Of a stretch of DNA of 64,000 bases, positions 10,001 to 19,745 are shown one piece after another; position 1 is the stretch's first letter; every line of letters starts with the position of its first letter. This stretch comes from a virus (lineage: Duplodnaviria > Caudoviricetes): positions 269,613 through 333,612 of IMG/VR virus record IMGVR_UViG_3300027804_000001; one strand, given 5' to 3'. The notes under the pieces are model-generated. The model was not told where the DNA came from, did not search any database, and saw nothing but the letters and a program-made list of their open reading frames with translations. Position numbers and translations under genes: made by a program.

Positions 10001-11311
10001 TTCGTTTTCTGCGTCAACAACGTTTTTACCAATTGTTAGACCGATATATTGTGTGTCTTGTCTTGTGTATAATAAATCTTCTAATTTATTTTCATCAAAT
10101 AAATTTACAGTAGATAAACCTAAGGTGTTTGATAAATTTTTTAATAATATATCGGGTAAGTTATTAATACCATCATAACTTACATTTCTCATGTAAGCAA
10201 TGTTTTCAATATATTTTTTTACTTTATCGAAACTATGTCCATATAATTGGAAAATCGCTTCAGCCTTCTTGTCATCAGTATCAAACTCAAATAACTGTGG
10301 AGAAGACATAAATCTAACAAATAAATTAGATTTATAATCATCTATTTCGTCAGCCAAATTTGATAATTGTTCGATATATAAATCATAATCAATACCAACA
10401 ATTTTAACGTTCCAATTATCTTTTGAAAGTGGCCATGTTACTTCAACATCACTAAGTACTGTGTTTGAACTATCTATACTATCTTTTGGTACACTAAATG
10501 TTGCGGTGTATTTTGGATTTGTATCTCTATCAATTAAACATTGTTCTAATTCATCTAAATTAGAAAAGAAGTCTTCAACCAAACCATTATTTGGTCTTAT
10601 TAATATGTTCTCACTATAATTTGTGTTAGTTCCAAATGGTTTACCCTTAACCTTTAATACGATTTTATAATCGGTACTAGGTTCGGTATAATTTATAATG
10701 TCATAAGTGATACCACTTATTTCTATAACATACTTTGTATATGAAGAATAAAAATTTCTTAATGTGTTTGTGGTGTTTGGGTCGACTTGACTATTTGGTG
10801 TTACAAATATTACATCGAGTGGATTGTATAATCTACCAAAGTCAACCTCGAATTGTGTGGTGTTTAAATTAATGTCATAAACAACATTATCTACAGTATA
10901 ATCTGATGACCTTACTGAACTGTTTTTATCAATTAAAACACCAGCCGGAAACTTTTCAATTATATTTCCTAATGTTGCACCAATTCTACTTTTTAATGAA
11001 CCAAATAATGATTTACCCGCATCATTTTTTGATGACCTAAATTTTACCTCTTTATTTTCATTTGAAGTACCATTTGGGTTATTTTGGTCATTTGACTTAT
11101 ATTTTTCTTCTTTTAAATCGTCTAAGGTTAGAAAATCAGAAAATTGTCCAGAACGAAATGTTTTCACATCTCTTTCAGGGATAGATCTGTCAATAGCGAA
11201 GTTAGTATTAGTCAATTGACTAGTACCATCGGTAATTTGTCTACCGACTAAACTATCACTAAACGTTTCAGACCCATTCGCCGCCTGACTTGGAACTTTT
11301 CTTCTTGCCAT
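3326..11311 (-). CDS. Giant baseplate wedge-like protein (gp7/P2 gpI-like N-region) fused to Thr-Pro stalks and PA14-like domain, 2661 aa
   Basis: YKSKGTRSSIEFFLKFLG matches the KGT motif of baseplate wedge proteins; lies in baseplate cluster; C-terminal half is repeats plus globular inserts. Confidence 0.6.
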   Translation of the reverse strand: MARRKVPSQAANGSETFSDSLVGRQITDGTSQLTNTNFAIDRSIPERDVKTFRSGQFSDFLTLDDLKEEKYKSNDQNNPNGTSNENKEVKFRSSKNDAGKSLFGSLKSRIGATLGNIIEKFPAGVLIDKNSSVRSSDYTVDNVVYDINLNTTQFEVDFGRLYNPLDVIFVTPNSQVDPNTTNTLRNFYSSYTKYVIEISGITYDIINYTEPSTDYKIVLKVKGKPFGTNTNYSENILIRPNNGLVEDFFSNLDELEQCLIDRDTNPKYTATFSVPKDSIDSSNTVLSDVEVTWPLSKDNWNVKIVGIDYDLYIEQLSNLADEIDDYKSNLFVRFMSSPQLFEFDTDDKKAEAIFQLYGHSFDKVKKYIENIAYMRNVSYDGINNLPDILLKNLSNTLGLSTVNLFDENKLEDLLYTRQDTQYIGLTIGKNVVDAENEFYRRLLVNLSHIYKSKGTRSSIEFFLKFLGAPEPMIKINEFVYQITSLPKSFDLDSDIYDVIAGTKTYNVAEFIPSGYTYSISSTKASTTFTSETYPIVEGTKIPKTAFDESSNTFFQKGAGWYDITLDHRSIDIIDGDKSNLTGRTKTIKTKNKSFTYGEDYFDIYRSLPGLDTGYEIVSKLDNRQRQIADEYSSFIFNRKNIEVYLSSANAINYDIWRKSRELEISFGSATLEPQTGVTFAEYVDKMLSTQIKNSHIIKYKKNYIKLEDIYQDYVSSTDFVPYTIPDLNEFINKMSPYWTQVLDQVIPSTTLWTGGNLIENNIFGRPKYKYRYGCQPKTFTESLYPSFEEAIEEDFEKLLGSHHENYFRGLINATGVTYYPLIEIDGIQYGGPESGFEVIVSGNTSIPGVSAKLFNSFPIDNCTGTTSSSTHLPLICDYKDYLEPDVNAIKDLWVDALIGLIDSINSEDTMNTPGCIDTYAPYTAATSSSTCTQVPKPKISYSFFTDENGIEQVTFTSIKYGPNDCSVEEYLDYRFVASNGATTPADCTLELDFSFDCPDDDEDPNRLFAGDDINYPNGPECILNGDLKIKITGDTNNIIQKNRVKNWPLFVYRNCEYGVNETTGYTVHGSTMDIPGGYECVWVVSNVKETDEIDFLFTDAANCDTKVKFEGINIQWIGYSGLTPSPVDDEVLYKLVPKIQYRNSFNYGLGGNSYVLKYTGGSQTTLTSYTKTYVKDIVSGDTILSATFNDCSELSNQSLVDGLTNDDFTFVFDYTPKKVTAKDCLGTIKKYHITGTTKDGDVEVFEILQTTKVKVYTRKYVDESTDEVIDLKRFFFTERFPEHLQIKPIQEEPCCDYSNDYYEHGDYLITESGRLIEVISVNLEYCESDLYFNLNLSGTTPTNLIAFNGNSNHQILLQHVYDEFKTLDEYIIQYYDGGLCQDITQTSSERDTTGYVDCEITPYRDCNSAYPTPTPTPTITPTVTPTLTVTPTYTITPTTTITPTFTITPTFTLTQTITPTLTITPTITPTYTQTITPTYTITPTETVTPTLTITPTNTITPTAIPCVDCPSGYTWTPIDGGYCTAIDIVSATAPTTPYTASGRTYFEYSMSGTTVYQLGWNINGTGTEEIHLNTADLWKNTTGYNIFNPGNGPLNRTGLWANDGVNDNVDNPLQTWLGFNVCITGITGGDYYIGIGADNEFRLEIDGNVILDTFANSGLNELSKFRTWHVYPITLTAGDHIIGLYGYNLTGNQTNPASFGCEIYDNTLPQLTGATSINDLNVIFSSSDFIGQTIPVIKDINGNYLSSGYTCPSGYEYAPCDGNCWKLIYCPETPTPTPTPTFTITPTITPTFTVTPTITPTYTQTLTPTYTITPTLTPDCEFIVDTTYVAATPTPTVTPTFTITPTFTITPTYTITPTITQTLTPTYTITPTLTPACDFVVNATYVAPTPTPTVTPTHTITPTLTPTLTITPTQTVTPTFTITPTFTPTITPTYTITPTLTPDCQFIVSTTYVAPTPTPTQSITPTITPTLTITPTFTITPTETVTPTYTITPTYTITPTITPTYTITPTYTITPTFTITPTITPTFTPACDFNVDTTYVAPTPTPTVTPTYTITPTQTVTPTFTVTPTYTITPTQTCDPFVTQYLRVRLLGCSNFDIQLFNNPDLTDNANAICDYIVSGTAYGDLGTVFNGTETIAYNDHTHGFNIGAGLLPGECVSGFTVNSVTPQCDCVNVVILPITPTPTITPTYTITPTLTVTPTITPTFTVTPTLTPACEFTVTTTYVAPTPTPTVTPTYTITPTFTITPTITPTYTITPTYTITPTQTLSPTITPTLTITPTFTITPTQTITPTLTVTPTITPTYTITPTLTPACDFNVDTTYVAPTPTPTVTPTYTITPTYTITPTITPTYTITPTFTITPTQTVSQTITPTLTITPTLTITPTYTITPTVTVSPTITPTYTITPTLTPACDFTVSTTYVAPTPTPTITPTFTITPTFTITPTVTVSPTITPTLTITPTIDCSFAASFSEYVPSVTTTPTITPTMTITPTPLPVSGLTWTTYTNVTGFSQCLYVDPTVSAQNRINAGWAISNLNQTVRFNVSNSSNCPNGTCNQTQIGWAEATITVGPQNTNMSLDFSGLAELQDTNFENIKFKLNGTEIARATSQDLNQGCAMGPVIKTFTVPSPYLLAANSVHTLRIEFTTNDALYHVNSYYQVELGFNTV

Positions 11312-12228
11312 TATTGGGTAATATCATCGAAATTTAGTGTCTCGTCAATATCAGTTTTTTCTTCCCTAACTTCATAAAGGGTTTCGTTAAACTCATCCTT
11401 AACTTCGTATAGGTTGTATTGTTTGTAGATACTGTTATTGTTGTTATTATCGTAAATGGTGTAGATACCAGAAGAAACTGCTTTAGTTTGGTTACCATAA
11501 AGTGCGTGTGCCAATGTAGACGCATCATGTTCAACCATTTCAATTTCTATGGTAGTAGGATTAAAAAATGTATTTGTTAATATAATATTTTGAGCGGGTT
11601 GACCTATAAAAGGTACAACATTTGGTCTACTACCCGGTGCAGAAGATGGTGTAACAGTCAAAAACATTAAGTTTGTTGCACTGTTACTATATTGATATCT
11701 TATTGCTTTTTGTGTTGTACTCGTTAAGTTTGAAACAACGGGAGTACAATAAAATGATGACGTAACAATTCTATAAAAATTTGTAAGTTTTGTTCCATCA
11801 TTATTCAAATATTCAATTCTATAACCTATTAAACCTTGTGGTGTAAATTTACCTCTATCATCATCAGAAACGTTTGATAAATCAATTACCAAACCTCTTA
11901 CAGAGGGTAAAGAAGCCAAAATACCACAATCCGTGATTGAGGTTCTTATTTGTTTTGGTCTGATGTGAAGTGTATACACTCCTAAATCAGAAAAATCAGT
12001 AGAACTTAGTTTTAAATTATAAAGACCACCCAAAATTTCTGTACCTGTTTGGGCGTTTGTATCTGTATCAGAATTATGATATATTGGTGTTAAAATTTCC
12101 TGAGATGATAACTTCGTTAAAGTTACCTCCGCGGTTGACAACCTATTTGGTGCATAATGAAGAAATATATCCACATCTGCTGGAGACACATCTGCTGGTC
12201 TTATTGTTCCGTAACTACCTACTGCCAT
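11311..12228 (-). CDS. Conserved-looking hypothetical virion protein
   Basis: 305 aa ORF, TAATG coupling to downstream gene, in structural cluster. Confidence 0.6.
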   Translation of the reverse strand: MAVGSYGTIRPADVSPADVDIFLHYAPNRLSTAEVTLTKLSSQEILTPIYHNSDTDTNAQTGTEILGGLYNLKLSSTDFSDLGVYTLHIRPKQIRTSITDCGILASLPSVRGLVIDLSNVSDDDRGKFTPQGLIGYRIEYLNNDGTKLTNFYRIVTSSFYCTPVVSNLTSTTQKAIRYQYSNSATNLMFLTVTPSSAPGSRPNVVPFIGQPAQNIILTNTFFNPTTIEIEMVEHDASTLAHALYGNQTKAVSSGIYTIYDNNNNNSIYKQYNLYEVKDEFNETLYEVREEKTDIDETLNFDDITQ

Positions 12229-12253
12229 ATCTTTTTATTAATAAATATAATTT

Positions 12254-13231
12254 TTATTGTTTCCTAACGTTAAAATATCCATTTCCATACACAGATAATT
12301 CTCCCATGTTATCGATTTCTCCTAATCTTAATGTTTTTTCCAAAACCCCTTGTTTTCCTCTCTCCACAAAAATGTCAGAATAAATTGTTGGGTCTTCAAC
12401 AAAACCCAAAAAATGTTCATTTCTGGTTATCATTTCATTTATGATTTCCTCTTTAGTAAATCCTGTGGTGTTTCCTGTAATAAGAGTTGTTCCATCCTCA
12501 TAATCTCTATAATAAACTGTGGTCGTTCCTGTTGTATTTCCCGTATATGTGAAACTATATCCCGTATAATTTCCAACATCATCTGTACCCGATGTTGTAC
12601 CTGAATAAGATGTTGATCCATATTTTCTTTTCTCTTCTATTCTACTACCACCAATACCCAAATAATTAAACGTTGTGTTTCCTGTTGGGGGATTAAATTC
12701 CTCATCAGATAAATAATTTTGTGTTCTACCACTTTCTAAATAATATTCTGTTGGTGTTATGTTATAATATGGTAAACTTGTACCTGTATATACGAATATA
12801 CCCAATGGGTCGGCTACCGAAATATCTTTTGGTATTGTTACTTGTTTACTTAATTTTTGTGTGGCCCAAGGAGCATCTAAAGTAATTGATATTGTATACC
12901 CACTTGATGTTGAGTATGTATGAGATATTGTTGGAAAGTTTGTTCCAACTACTCCACTATTAACAGTTAAACCTGATATGTTTCCATCCCCCCAATTAAT
13001 TGTAAATGTTTGTTCAACTATTTTTCTTAGTTTATCGGGATTAACAGTATTATATACTTGTATTGTACTTCCTGTTTGTGTATACGAAAAATTACATAGT
13101 TGTTCCACTTGTTCAATGTCACCATCAAACCCCACCATAACACCCATTTCATCAACCAAAGATTCTAAAAATATTGGTAGACTGTAAGTTGTACCTGTTT
13201 GTTTTAATATTTCGTATCTATTCTTATTCAT
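12254..13231 (-). CDS. Virion protein with PKD-like domain
   Basis: FTINWGDG...ISHTYSTSSGYTISITL is a PKD-type WGDG/H.Y signature. Confidence 0.55.
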   Translation of the reverse strand: MNKNRYEILKQTGTTYSLPIFLESLVDEMGVMVGFDGDIEQVEQLCNFSYTQTGSTIQVYNTVNPDKLRKIVEQTFTINWGDGNISGLTVNSGVVGTNFPTISHTYSTSSGYTISITLDAPWATQKLSKQVTIPKDISVADPLGIFVYTGTSLPYYNITPTEYYLESGRTQNYLSDEEFNPPTGNTTFNYLGIGGSRIEEKRKYGSTSYSGTTSGTDDVGNYTGYSFTYTGNTTGTTTVYYRDYEDGTTLITGNTTGFTKEEIINEMITRNEHFLGFVEDPTIYSDIFVERGKQGVLEKTLRLGEIDNMGELSVYGNGYFNVRKQ

Positions 13232-13238
13232 TTATAAA

Positions 13239-14081
13239 TTACTTTGTTGCCGTTCCGTCATTAAAATTGCAATCACTACAACCAATCTGATAAACATAAC
13301 CGTATTCTGTATCTTCTTTATTGATTTGAACACAGTAATACATATCATCACTCTCATTCACTTCATTTCCACCTGTTATACCTTTTTGAAAAAACAAAAT
13401 AGGATTCATAGATGTGCCGATTCTTTGAGATGGGTCTGTTCCTGATAGTGTTATCATGTTTTTATTTGTAAAATCCACAATAGACCCATCTTCCGCATTA
13501 AAAAATTTTGCGGTCATATAAAAAGTATTTCCTTTTAGTAACTCTTCACTAAAAACGGAATCATCTGCAAACCAAAACAAATACATGTTTTCTTTATTTC
13601 TGTAATTTGAACCCATAAAAACAGGTTTAAAAATGTAATCATTTAATGTTGTATAAAAATATTTTTCACCTAATGGTAATGCTAAGTTTTTAGTAAAAAC
13701 TAGTTTTCTATTAGATCTACTGGGTTCATCGTTGTTTGGTGTTTTGTAAAACTCAAGTCTAAAAAAACTTTCAGTAGTTTGTCTTAACATTTGTGCGTTT
13801 TCGTTAGCACTTAAACCAGTTGGTTCATAGTCTTGAACATATGTTGAACCGCTGATGAAATGAAATTTAAACCATATATCTGATTGTAATAAACCTAGAT
13901 TAGATGTGTAGGGTTTGTGAATATATCTTATTGTTTCATAATTTTGAGTGGGATTAATTATAGTTTTTAATGTTTCCTTTTCCATTTCCTCAGCATTATC
14001 CTGCCATCCAAGGTCAGTTTTGAAAACATCCTCAACATTTAAAATTATTTTTTGGTCAATATCTTTTCTTAATATTTTCAT
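13239..14081 (-). CDS. Hypothetical virion/baseplate-associated protein
   Basis: ORF track; start moved to ATG at 14081 (TAATG overlap with upstream stop). Confidence 0.6.
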   Translation of the reverse strand: MKILRKDIDQKIILNVEDVFKTDLGWQDNAEEMEKETLKTIINPTQNYETIRYIHKPYTSNLGLLQSDIWFKFHFISGSTYVQDYEPTGLSANENAQMLRQTTESFFRLEFYKTPNNDEPSRSNRKLVFTKNLALPLGEKYFYTTLNDYIFKPVFMGSNYRNKENMYLFWFADDSVFSEELLKGNTFYMTAKFFNAEDGSIVDFTNKNMITLSGTDPSQRIGTSMNPILFFQKGITGGNEVNESDDMYYCVQINKEDTEYGYVYQIGCSDCNFNDGTATK

Positions 14082-15838
14082 TAACAAATATTATTTTTGT
14101 CAAACTTTTTAATTCCGTTAGTTTTATTTACATAATCCTTATCACTTCTTAAATAGAAATTTATATCATTTTTTATATAATGAATGTTGTTTATAAATGG
14201 ATAATTTGTTCCGTACCCATCTTGGTCAACAAATCCTTGGTCATATAAGTCTCTCCATTTCCAAAGTCCCTCTTTTTCAAAATATTTTACATTCTCAGGT
14301 AAATCAAGAATTTCATCTGTGTCAGATGTTTCTACATAAGGAGATAGTTGTCTTACTTTAACTCTATAGAATGGTTGATAATACCAACCCACCAAATTGT
14401 TATTTGATGAACCAGAATAAACTGCACCACTGTTTTGTCCAAAATTGAACACTGACATTGGGCAACTGAATTTGTGAAATGCTTCACTTATTATTCTCTC
14501 CTTTAATTCACTTTCGTTATATTCAACAAAGGCACCTGTCAAACCTGTTGTTCCTATTGACAGGGGTTCTCCAACAGTAAAAGTTTCAGGACCACTATTA
14601 CTGGTTAATGTTGATGTTGGAATTCCTAATTGTTGTGATGTTGTTCCACTAAAGTGACTATCAGCCCAACTATCATGAAAATTAAATTTCCAACCAACTT
14701 TAGGTGGGTATGTAAAATATCCATTACCATTTCTTAATAATATTGTAACATATAAATCTGTTGGTGTGTAATCATGATTATTTGTAATACCTGTTAAGGT
14801 ATATGGATTAACAAAGTCATATACAACAGATTCCATTCTATTTCTTTCTACCACTACATCATTATCACCCACATTATTTTCAAAAAGAACTTTTTTTTCT
14901 TCTTCCCAAATTGGAGTTTCAAATCCAACTTTGTCCATAATATAATCTTTACTTGTTGTTAAGATTTTATGTTTATGAACATAATATTGTGATGTTGTTC
15001 CTGATATATTATTTTTATCTAAACATCTTTTACCTAATACAACTGTATTGTTTGATAACGTCAAACCTGTGGGTACATCATTATTTAAAATGTTAATTAC
15101 ATATTTTTCAGAATCATAAATTTCGTCACCAAGTTCGGTTATGAAAATTGCTTTATCGTTTATAACAATATATTCACCTTTAGACATTCCATGTTCTACT
15201 GGTGAAGTTAATGTTGTATATGTTGCACCTGTTAATACCCTAAATGGTATACCTTCACCAGAATTAAAACAATACGTTTTTCCGTCTCCACATCCACTTG
15301 TTGTACCTGATAATGTATATTTTATTGGATGATTACTATCGTGTCCATAAACATAACTTAAATAAATGTTCCAATTATGATAAGGAGCTTCGATTGGTGT
15401 GATACTTGTATGTCCTGTATAACCAGTCGTAATTATTGATGGTGAATATGATGATAATGATGAACCTGTAATAGATAAAGGGTTAATTATTTCTCTAACA
15501 ACATCGTTTCTTAAAAGTGCAAATTCATTATAAGGTAAAAATCCTGTTGGGTCTCCGTCGGAACCATCACCCACTAAATAAAGATATTTGTTTAGTGGGT
15601 CATATGATGAAACACCTGAATATGTGTTTTTAAAAATCATTCTTATTTTACCATGTATTTTATAATTTTTACTTTCGTTTCTTTCTTTGTAAAAGAGTTC
15701 ATTTATATCTAAAATAATGTTTCTCTCACCTTCACGTAAAAGATTTTTCTGTTCGTCTAAATTTAAACGAATATCAATATCTTCCGCATCCGCATTAGCA
15801 AATCTTTTTGTTGGTAATATGATTTTCTTTTTTTCCAT
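14081..15838 (-). CDS. Hypothetical virion/baseplate-associated protein
   Basis: 585 aa ORF in baseplate cluster, Gly/Thr rich. Confidence 0.6.
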   Translation of the reverse strand: MEKKKIILPTKRFANADAEDIDIRLNLDEQKNLLREGERNIILDINELFYKERNESKNYKIHGKIRMIFKNTYSGVSSYDPLNKYLYLVGDGSDGDPTGFLPYNEFALLRNDVVREIINPLSITGSSLSSYSPSIITTGYTGHTSITPIEAPYHNWNIYLSYVYGHDSNHPIKYTLSGTTSGCGDGKTYCFNSGEGIPFRVLTGATYTTLTSPVEHGMSKGEYIVINDKAIFITELGDEIYDSEKYVINILNNDVPTGLTLSNNTVVLGKRCLDKNNISGTTSQYYVHKHKILTTSKDYIMDKVGFETPIWEEEKKVLFENNVGDNDVVVERNRMESVVYDFVNPYTLTGITNNHDYTPTDLYVTILLRNGNGYFTYPPKVGWKFNFHDSWADSHFSGTTSQQLGIPTSTLTSNSGPETFTVGEPLSIGTTGLTGAFVEYNESELKERIISEAFHKFSCPMSVFNFGQNSGAVYSGSSNNNLVGWYYQPFYRVKVRQLSPYVETSDTDEILDLPENVKYFEKEGLWKWRDLYDQGFVDQDGYGTNYPFINNIHYIKNDINFYLRSDKDYVNKTNGIKKFDKNNIC

Positions 15839-18800
15839 TATTCTGCTGTTGTAAATGCTCCTTTATCTCCAAACATTTCAATAAATTTATCCATACCAGT
15901 TTTACCAGCTTTTAATCCAAAGTAAAACATAAATGGTGTTGACAAAATTTGATATCTACTCGTATAATAATCAATTGTTGGTCTTATTATGAAGTCATCG
16001 GTATTGTTCCAAGCTTGTGAATGCCATCCATTCGTTATTGTTATTCCTTGATACGTTGTATTTCCCGATACAGGTCCAACTCTTGTATGTAATGTTCCCG
16101 ATGTTGGTGTTATTGTGTCACTATTAGAACTAACTAACACAGTAAAACCAGGGTATTCCGTATCATGTATTGTATGTGATGTTCCATACGGTAAAATAGA
16201 ATCAAAAATTAAATCGTTTGTTGCATTACCCGTATCTATTGTTAAACCACTAAACGTATAAGTCATAGGTAATAATAGATATTGATCTGAAGTATCATTC
16301 GGTGCGGATGTATATGCATAACCATATGTCATTCCCTGAAGTGGTTGTATTTGTGGATTACTGTAATCCCACGATTGGTTATCCACGGTTATATCATTAT
16401 AGGGTCCAAATCCTGTACCTTTTTTATCCCACAAAAAGAATGGTACCTTTTGAGATGATTCTGTTAATCTTCCGGGCTCGTTTAAACAAGCTCTAACCCT
16501 TTCTCCATCTTCATCTAAATAAAGAGTAACTGGTAATGGTCCATATGTTGTTCCATTACTAAATACATTTTTTGTAGCTGGATCATCTGGATCTAAGAAC
16601 TGATACGAATAACCCAAATATTTTGCATTTTGCAAATCAAATTCTTCAATACCCACTTCATTGTTTATTGAAATTAATTGCATAATATCACCATCAAAAA
16701 TCTTTTGGTTTGGTAAATTGAATCCACCATTATCAAAAAATCCATTAATACTAAAATCGTTATTACTAACATCAAGTCTGTAATTTATTGCAAGACCTAA
16801 TAACTCACCAAAACTTTGGAATGATGTTGGTCCTATTGCTCTACTTACTGAACAGTTAGGGTCTAATGATGGGTCTACACAAATTTCTTTTATAAACTCA
16901 TCTCTTGGTCCTAAATCAACCATTGTGGTTGGTCTACCTAAGTATCTTGTTGGTTTAGAACTACCTTGCCATGATGTTAAACCCCAAGTGGAACCATTAA
17001 ATCGAGATGATCTATAGTAAAACACACCTTGACTATTTGAATATCTAATTACATCTTCACAATATTTTCCTTTCTTTTCTTTGAATAAGAAAAAATATAA
17101 CGAACCCGACAACCAGTTGTCTATATAAGAATAATTAACAATACCACCACAGAATAATTTAGATACTCTTTTTCTTCTTCTATATTCCTTTAATATTTTA
17201 AAAAGTTGTTGATTTGTTTGAGAACCAGGAACAATTACAAATACACCGTTTTTAAATTCAGATTGACCACTTGCTGTTTTTCTAATATGTATGTCCCCCT
17301 CAAATGATTCCGCTAATTGGTATATATCGTTTCCATTGGTTTTATCACCATAAAAATACAACGTTTCGGTTATATCACTACCTTCGTCATCTCTAGTTGG
17401 ATTAAAGTTTGATGCTGAACCGTCTGCGTTTGATATATTTGTTGAAATAACATCCATACCAAGTGTGTAACTTGCAGGTGCAACTTTAATTATAGTTGAA
17501 CCGGATTTAACATTGTAATATGTAATTAGTGATTCATCATAAGGTGTGTCAAATAATTCACAACCACCTTCTATTTCAACTGTTGTTCCTGATGATGCAA
17601 CATAATATTGTATATCAAAATTATATTGTCCATAATATTGACCGGTATAATCAACTAGTTCTAATTGTGTCGTATCACCAGTACTTACTTGAAAAAATAT
17701 AGATCCTGGTACTAAATTAACATATTCTAATGTGTCAGTACTTTGTAAAAAATAATCAAACTGATTTGCCACAAAGAACTCATTTTGTTCTTCAATTGTG
17801 GCACCATCTATTAAAACAGGTGGGGGTGTACATGTTGATGTTGATAAATAAGTCGGTGTACTTGGGTTTGAATTCGCTCCAATTATTGGAAATAATAATG
17901 AAATACTACCAACAGAACAATAAGATATATTTGCTTCTCCTGATGCAGGGACCTCACCAAATTCTAATTCATTACCATTCTCATCAGTGTTACAACTTTC
18001 ACATTCAGGATAACTTATGAGATATAATTCTCTTTGATTATCTTCTTGTATGTTATAAGCAATTCTTTTTATCTCTCTACCAACTTTTCTAACCGGCCAC
18101 ACATCTGTTCTTCTACCTAATGCAAACATAAATCTTGTTATTGTATTAATAATTAAAATTGATATTAGATTTGCAATATGTTCAAACAACAGTAAAACAT
18201 CTGCAGCCAATAATTGGAATGTAAAATTTTTCGTTCCATAATTTACAGGTGGAGTTAAATTTTCTGAACAATCTTCTTCCTCTGTTGGGACTAACTCTTT
18301 TAAACCGATATATCTATCATTTCTAAATGATTCACTATCATAGTACATACTTTGAAAAGACGACACAGTGTAAACTTTGTTATATGTTACTCTATAGAAA
18401 TAATCTCTTGGATAATATTGTCCCAATGTATTATATAAAATTCCTTTGTCAGAATCATCTGAAACTGCGGCGGTTGGATATTCTTTCCACGATGTTGAAA
18501 ATGCATATGATTGTTCTTCTTGTCCAACATATTCTCTAATATTTGGTACAAGATATGATGCAACCTTTCTATTTTTTTCGTTACCAGAATCGTCTAATGA
18601 AAATTTAAAACGATAACATGCTGCTGTTGGTACACCTTTATTCGGGTCATTTGTAATTTCATTTTCACCAAATTCATTTGTATAAACATATTCTGCATTC
18701 ATTGGTAGTTCTCTAACAAATGAACCATCATCTGTAATGTCGGCATCTATTTCATATTTTTCTAAAATTGGCCTTCCATTAGAATCTTTTTTGTTTGTAA

Positions 18801-19689
18801 ATCTAATTGCTTCTATTTTACCGGTTTTAGTAATTAAATCACATTTTCTACCCATTTTTCTTCTGGGTTGACAACTTTTATTAATTGCATTTTTTTTGGT
18901 ATCGGTGTATGTTCCACCAATTAAAAAGGCTTTAGGTTCTATTTTTACACCACTATCTGATAAATCAAAATCTGTCCTTGTTAAACCAATTTCACAAAGT
19001 TCTTCATTACCCCAAAAAGGATACACATCAATTGTTTTATCATAAGTTACAATTTGAGGTAGGGTTGAAAAATCTGATGATGCTTTAAATGTATATGAGT
19101 TTTTAAATTGGTCATCACCCAAACCTTGTTTTTTAAAGTCGTATGGTCTTAATGAAAAACAACCGATATCAGATAAGTCAACATCCACATGTAGTGTTTG
19201 TGAACCTACGGGAACACCCCATATCATAAAGTCACCTGAACTGTTTGTTTTAACTGTATACTTGTAATATTTTTCATATACCTCTAATATCTCTTCTCTG
19301 TTTAATACTTCAGATTGGTCAGGAAATGTACCTGTTGGTTCGTGACCACCATGTTGTTTTCTTGATGGTAATAGGTTGTATCTGTAACCATCGTCATTAA
19401 CGTCAGAAACACTAGATTTGTAAGGATATAGTTTTGAAATTACAGGGTCATTTTCATCCTCTTCACTTAGTGGTATGAAAATAGATACTTTAGCATTCGG
19501 AACACCAAGTCCATTATTTACTGAGATTCTACCACAAACAACACCATAATCAGAACAAAGTGATGTGTATATTTCTTGTTGTGTGAATCTTAAAGACAAG
19601 ATTTCAAGTAAATCATAGTCTTGTTTTAATTCGACTTTGACTATTTGATCTTTGCCAATATTTGTAGATATTCTATGTTTTTGTACCAT
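15838..19689 (-). CDS. Large baseplate-associated protein with N-terminal carboxypeptidase-regulatory-like beta-sandwich
   Basis: GVVCGRISVNNGLGVPNAKVSIFI...VKTNSSGDFMIWGVPVG pattern; start reassigned to MVQKHR (ATG 19689) behind TATTTAT. Confidence 0.5.
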   Translation of the reverse strand: MVQKHRISTNIGKDQIVKVELKQDYDLLEILSLRFTQQEIYTSLCSDYGVVCGRISVNNGLGVPNAKVSIFIPLSEEDENDPVISKLYPYKSSVSDVNDDGYRYNLLPSRKQHGGHEPTGTFPDQSEVLNREEILEVYEKYYKYTVKTNSSGDFMIWGVPVGSQTLHVDVDLSDIGCFSLRPYDFKKQGLGDDQFKNSYTFKASSDFSTLPQIVTYDKTIDVYPFWGNEELCEIGLTRTDFDLSDSGVKIEPKAFLIGGTYTDTKKNAINKSCQPRRKMGRKCDLITKTGKIEAIRFTNKKDSNGRPILEKYEIDADITDDGSFVRELPMNAEYVYTNEFGENEITNDPNKGVPTAACYRFKFSLDDSGNEKNRKVASYLVPNIREYVGQEEQSYAFSTSWKEYPTAAVSDDSDKGILYNTLGQYYPRDYFYRVTYNKVYTVSSFQSMYYDSESFRNDRYIGLKELVPTEEEDCSENLTPPVNYGTKNFTFQLLAADVLLLFEHIANLISILIINTITRFMFALGRRTDVWPVRKVGREIKRIAYNIQEDNQRELYLISYPECESCNTDENGNELEFGEVPASGEANISYCSVGSISLLFPIIGANSNPSTPTYLSTSTCTPPPVLIDGATIEEQNEFFVANQFDYFLQSTDTLEYVNLVPGSIFFQVSTGDTTQLELVDYTGQYYGQYNFDIQYYVASSGTTVEIEGGCELFDTPYDESLITYYNVKSGSTIIKVAPASYTLGMDVISTNISNADGSASNFNPTRDDEGSDITETLYFYGDKTNGNDIYQLAESFEGDIHIRKTASGQSEFKNGVFVIVPGSQTNQQLFKILKEYRRRKRVSKLFCGGIVNYSYIDNWLSGSLYFFLFKEKKGKYCEDVIRYSNSQGVFYYRSSRFNGSTWGLTSWQGSSKPTRYLGRPTTMVDLGPRDEFIKEICVDPSLDPNCSVSRAIGPTSFQSFGELLGLAINYRLDVSNNDFSINGFFDNGGFNLPNQKIFDGDIMQLISINNEVGIEEFDLQNAKYLGYSYQFLDPDDPATKNVFSNGTTYGPLPVTLYLDEDGERVRACLNEPGRLTESSQKVPFFLWDKKGTGFGPYNDITVDNQSWDYSNPQIQPLQGMTYGYAYTSAPNDTSDQYLLLPMTYTFSGLTIDTGNATNDLIFDSILPYGTSHTIHDTEYPGFTVLVSSNSDTITPTSGTLHTRVGPVSGNTTYQGITITNGWHSQAWNNTDDFIIRPTIDYYTSRYQILSTPFMFYFGLKAGKTGMDKFIEMFGDKGAFTTAE

Positions 19690-19745
19690 TCTTATAATAA
19701 ATAGAAACAATGAGATTTTCCATTTTAATATAAGAAAATTTTAAA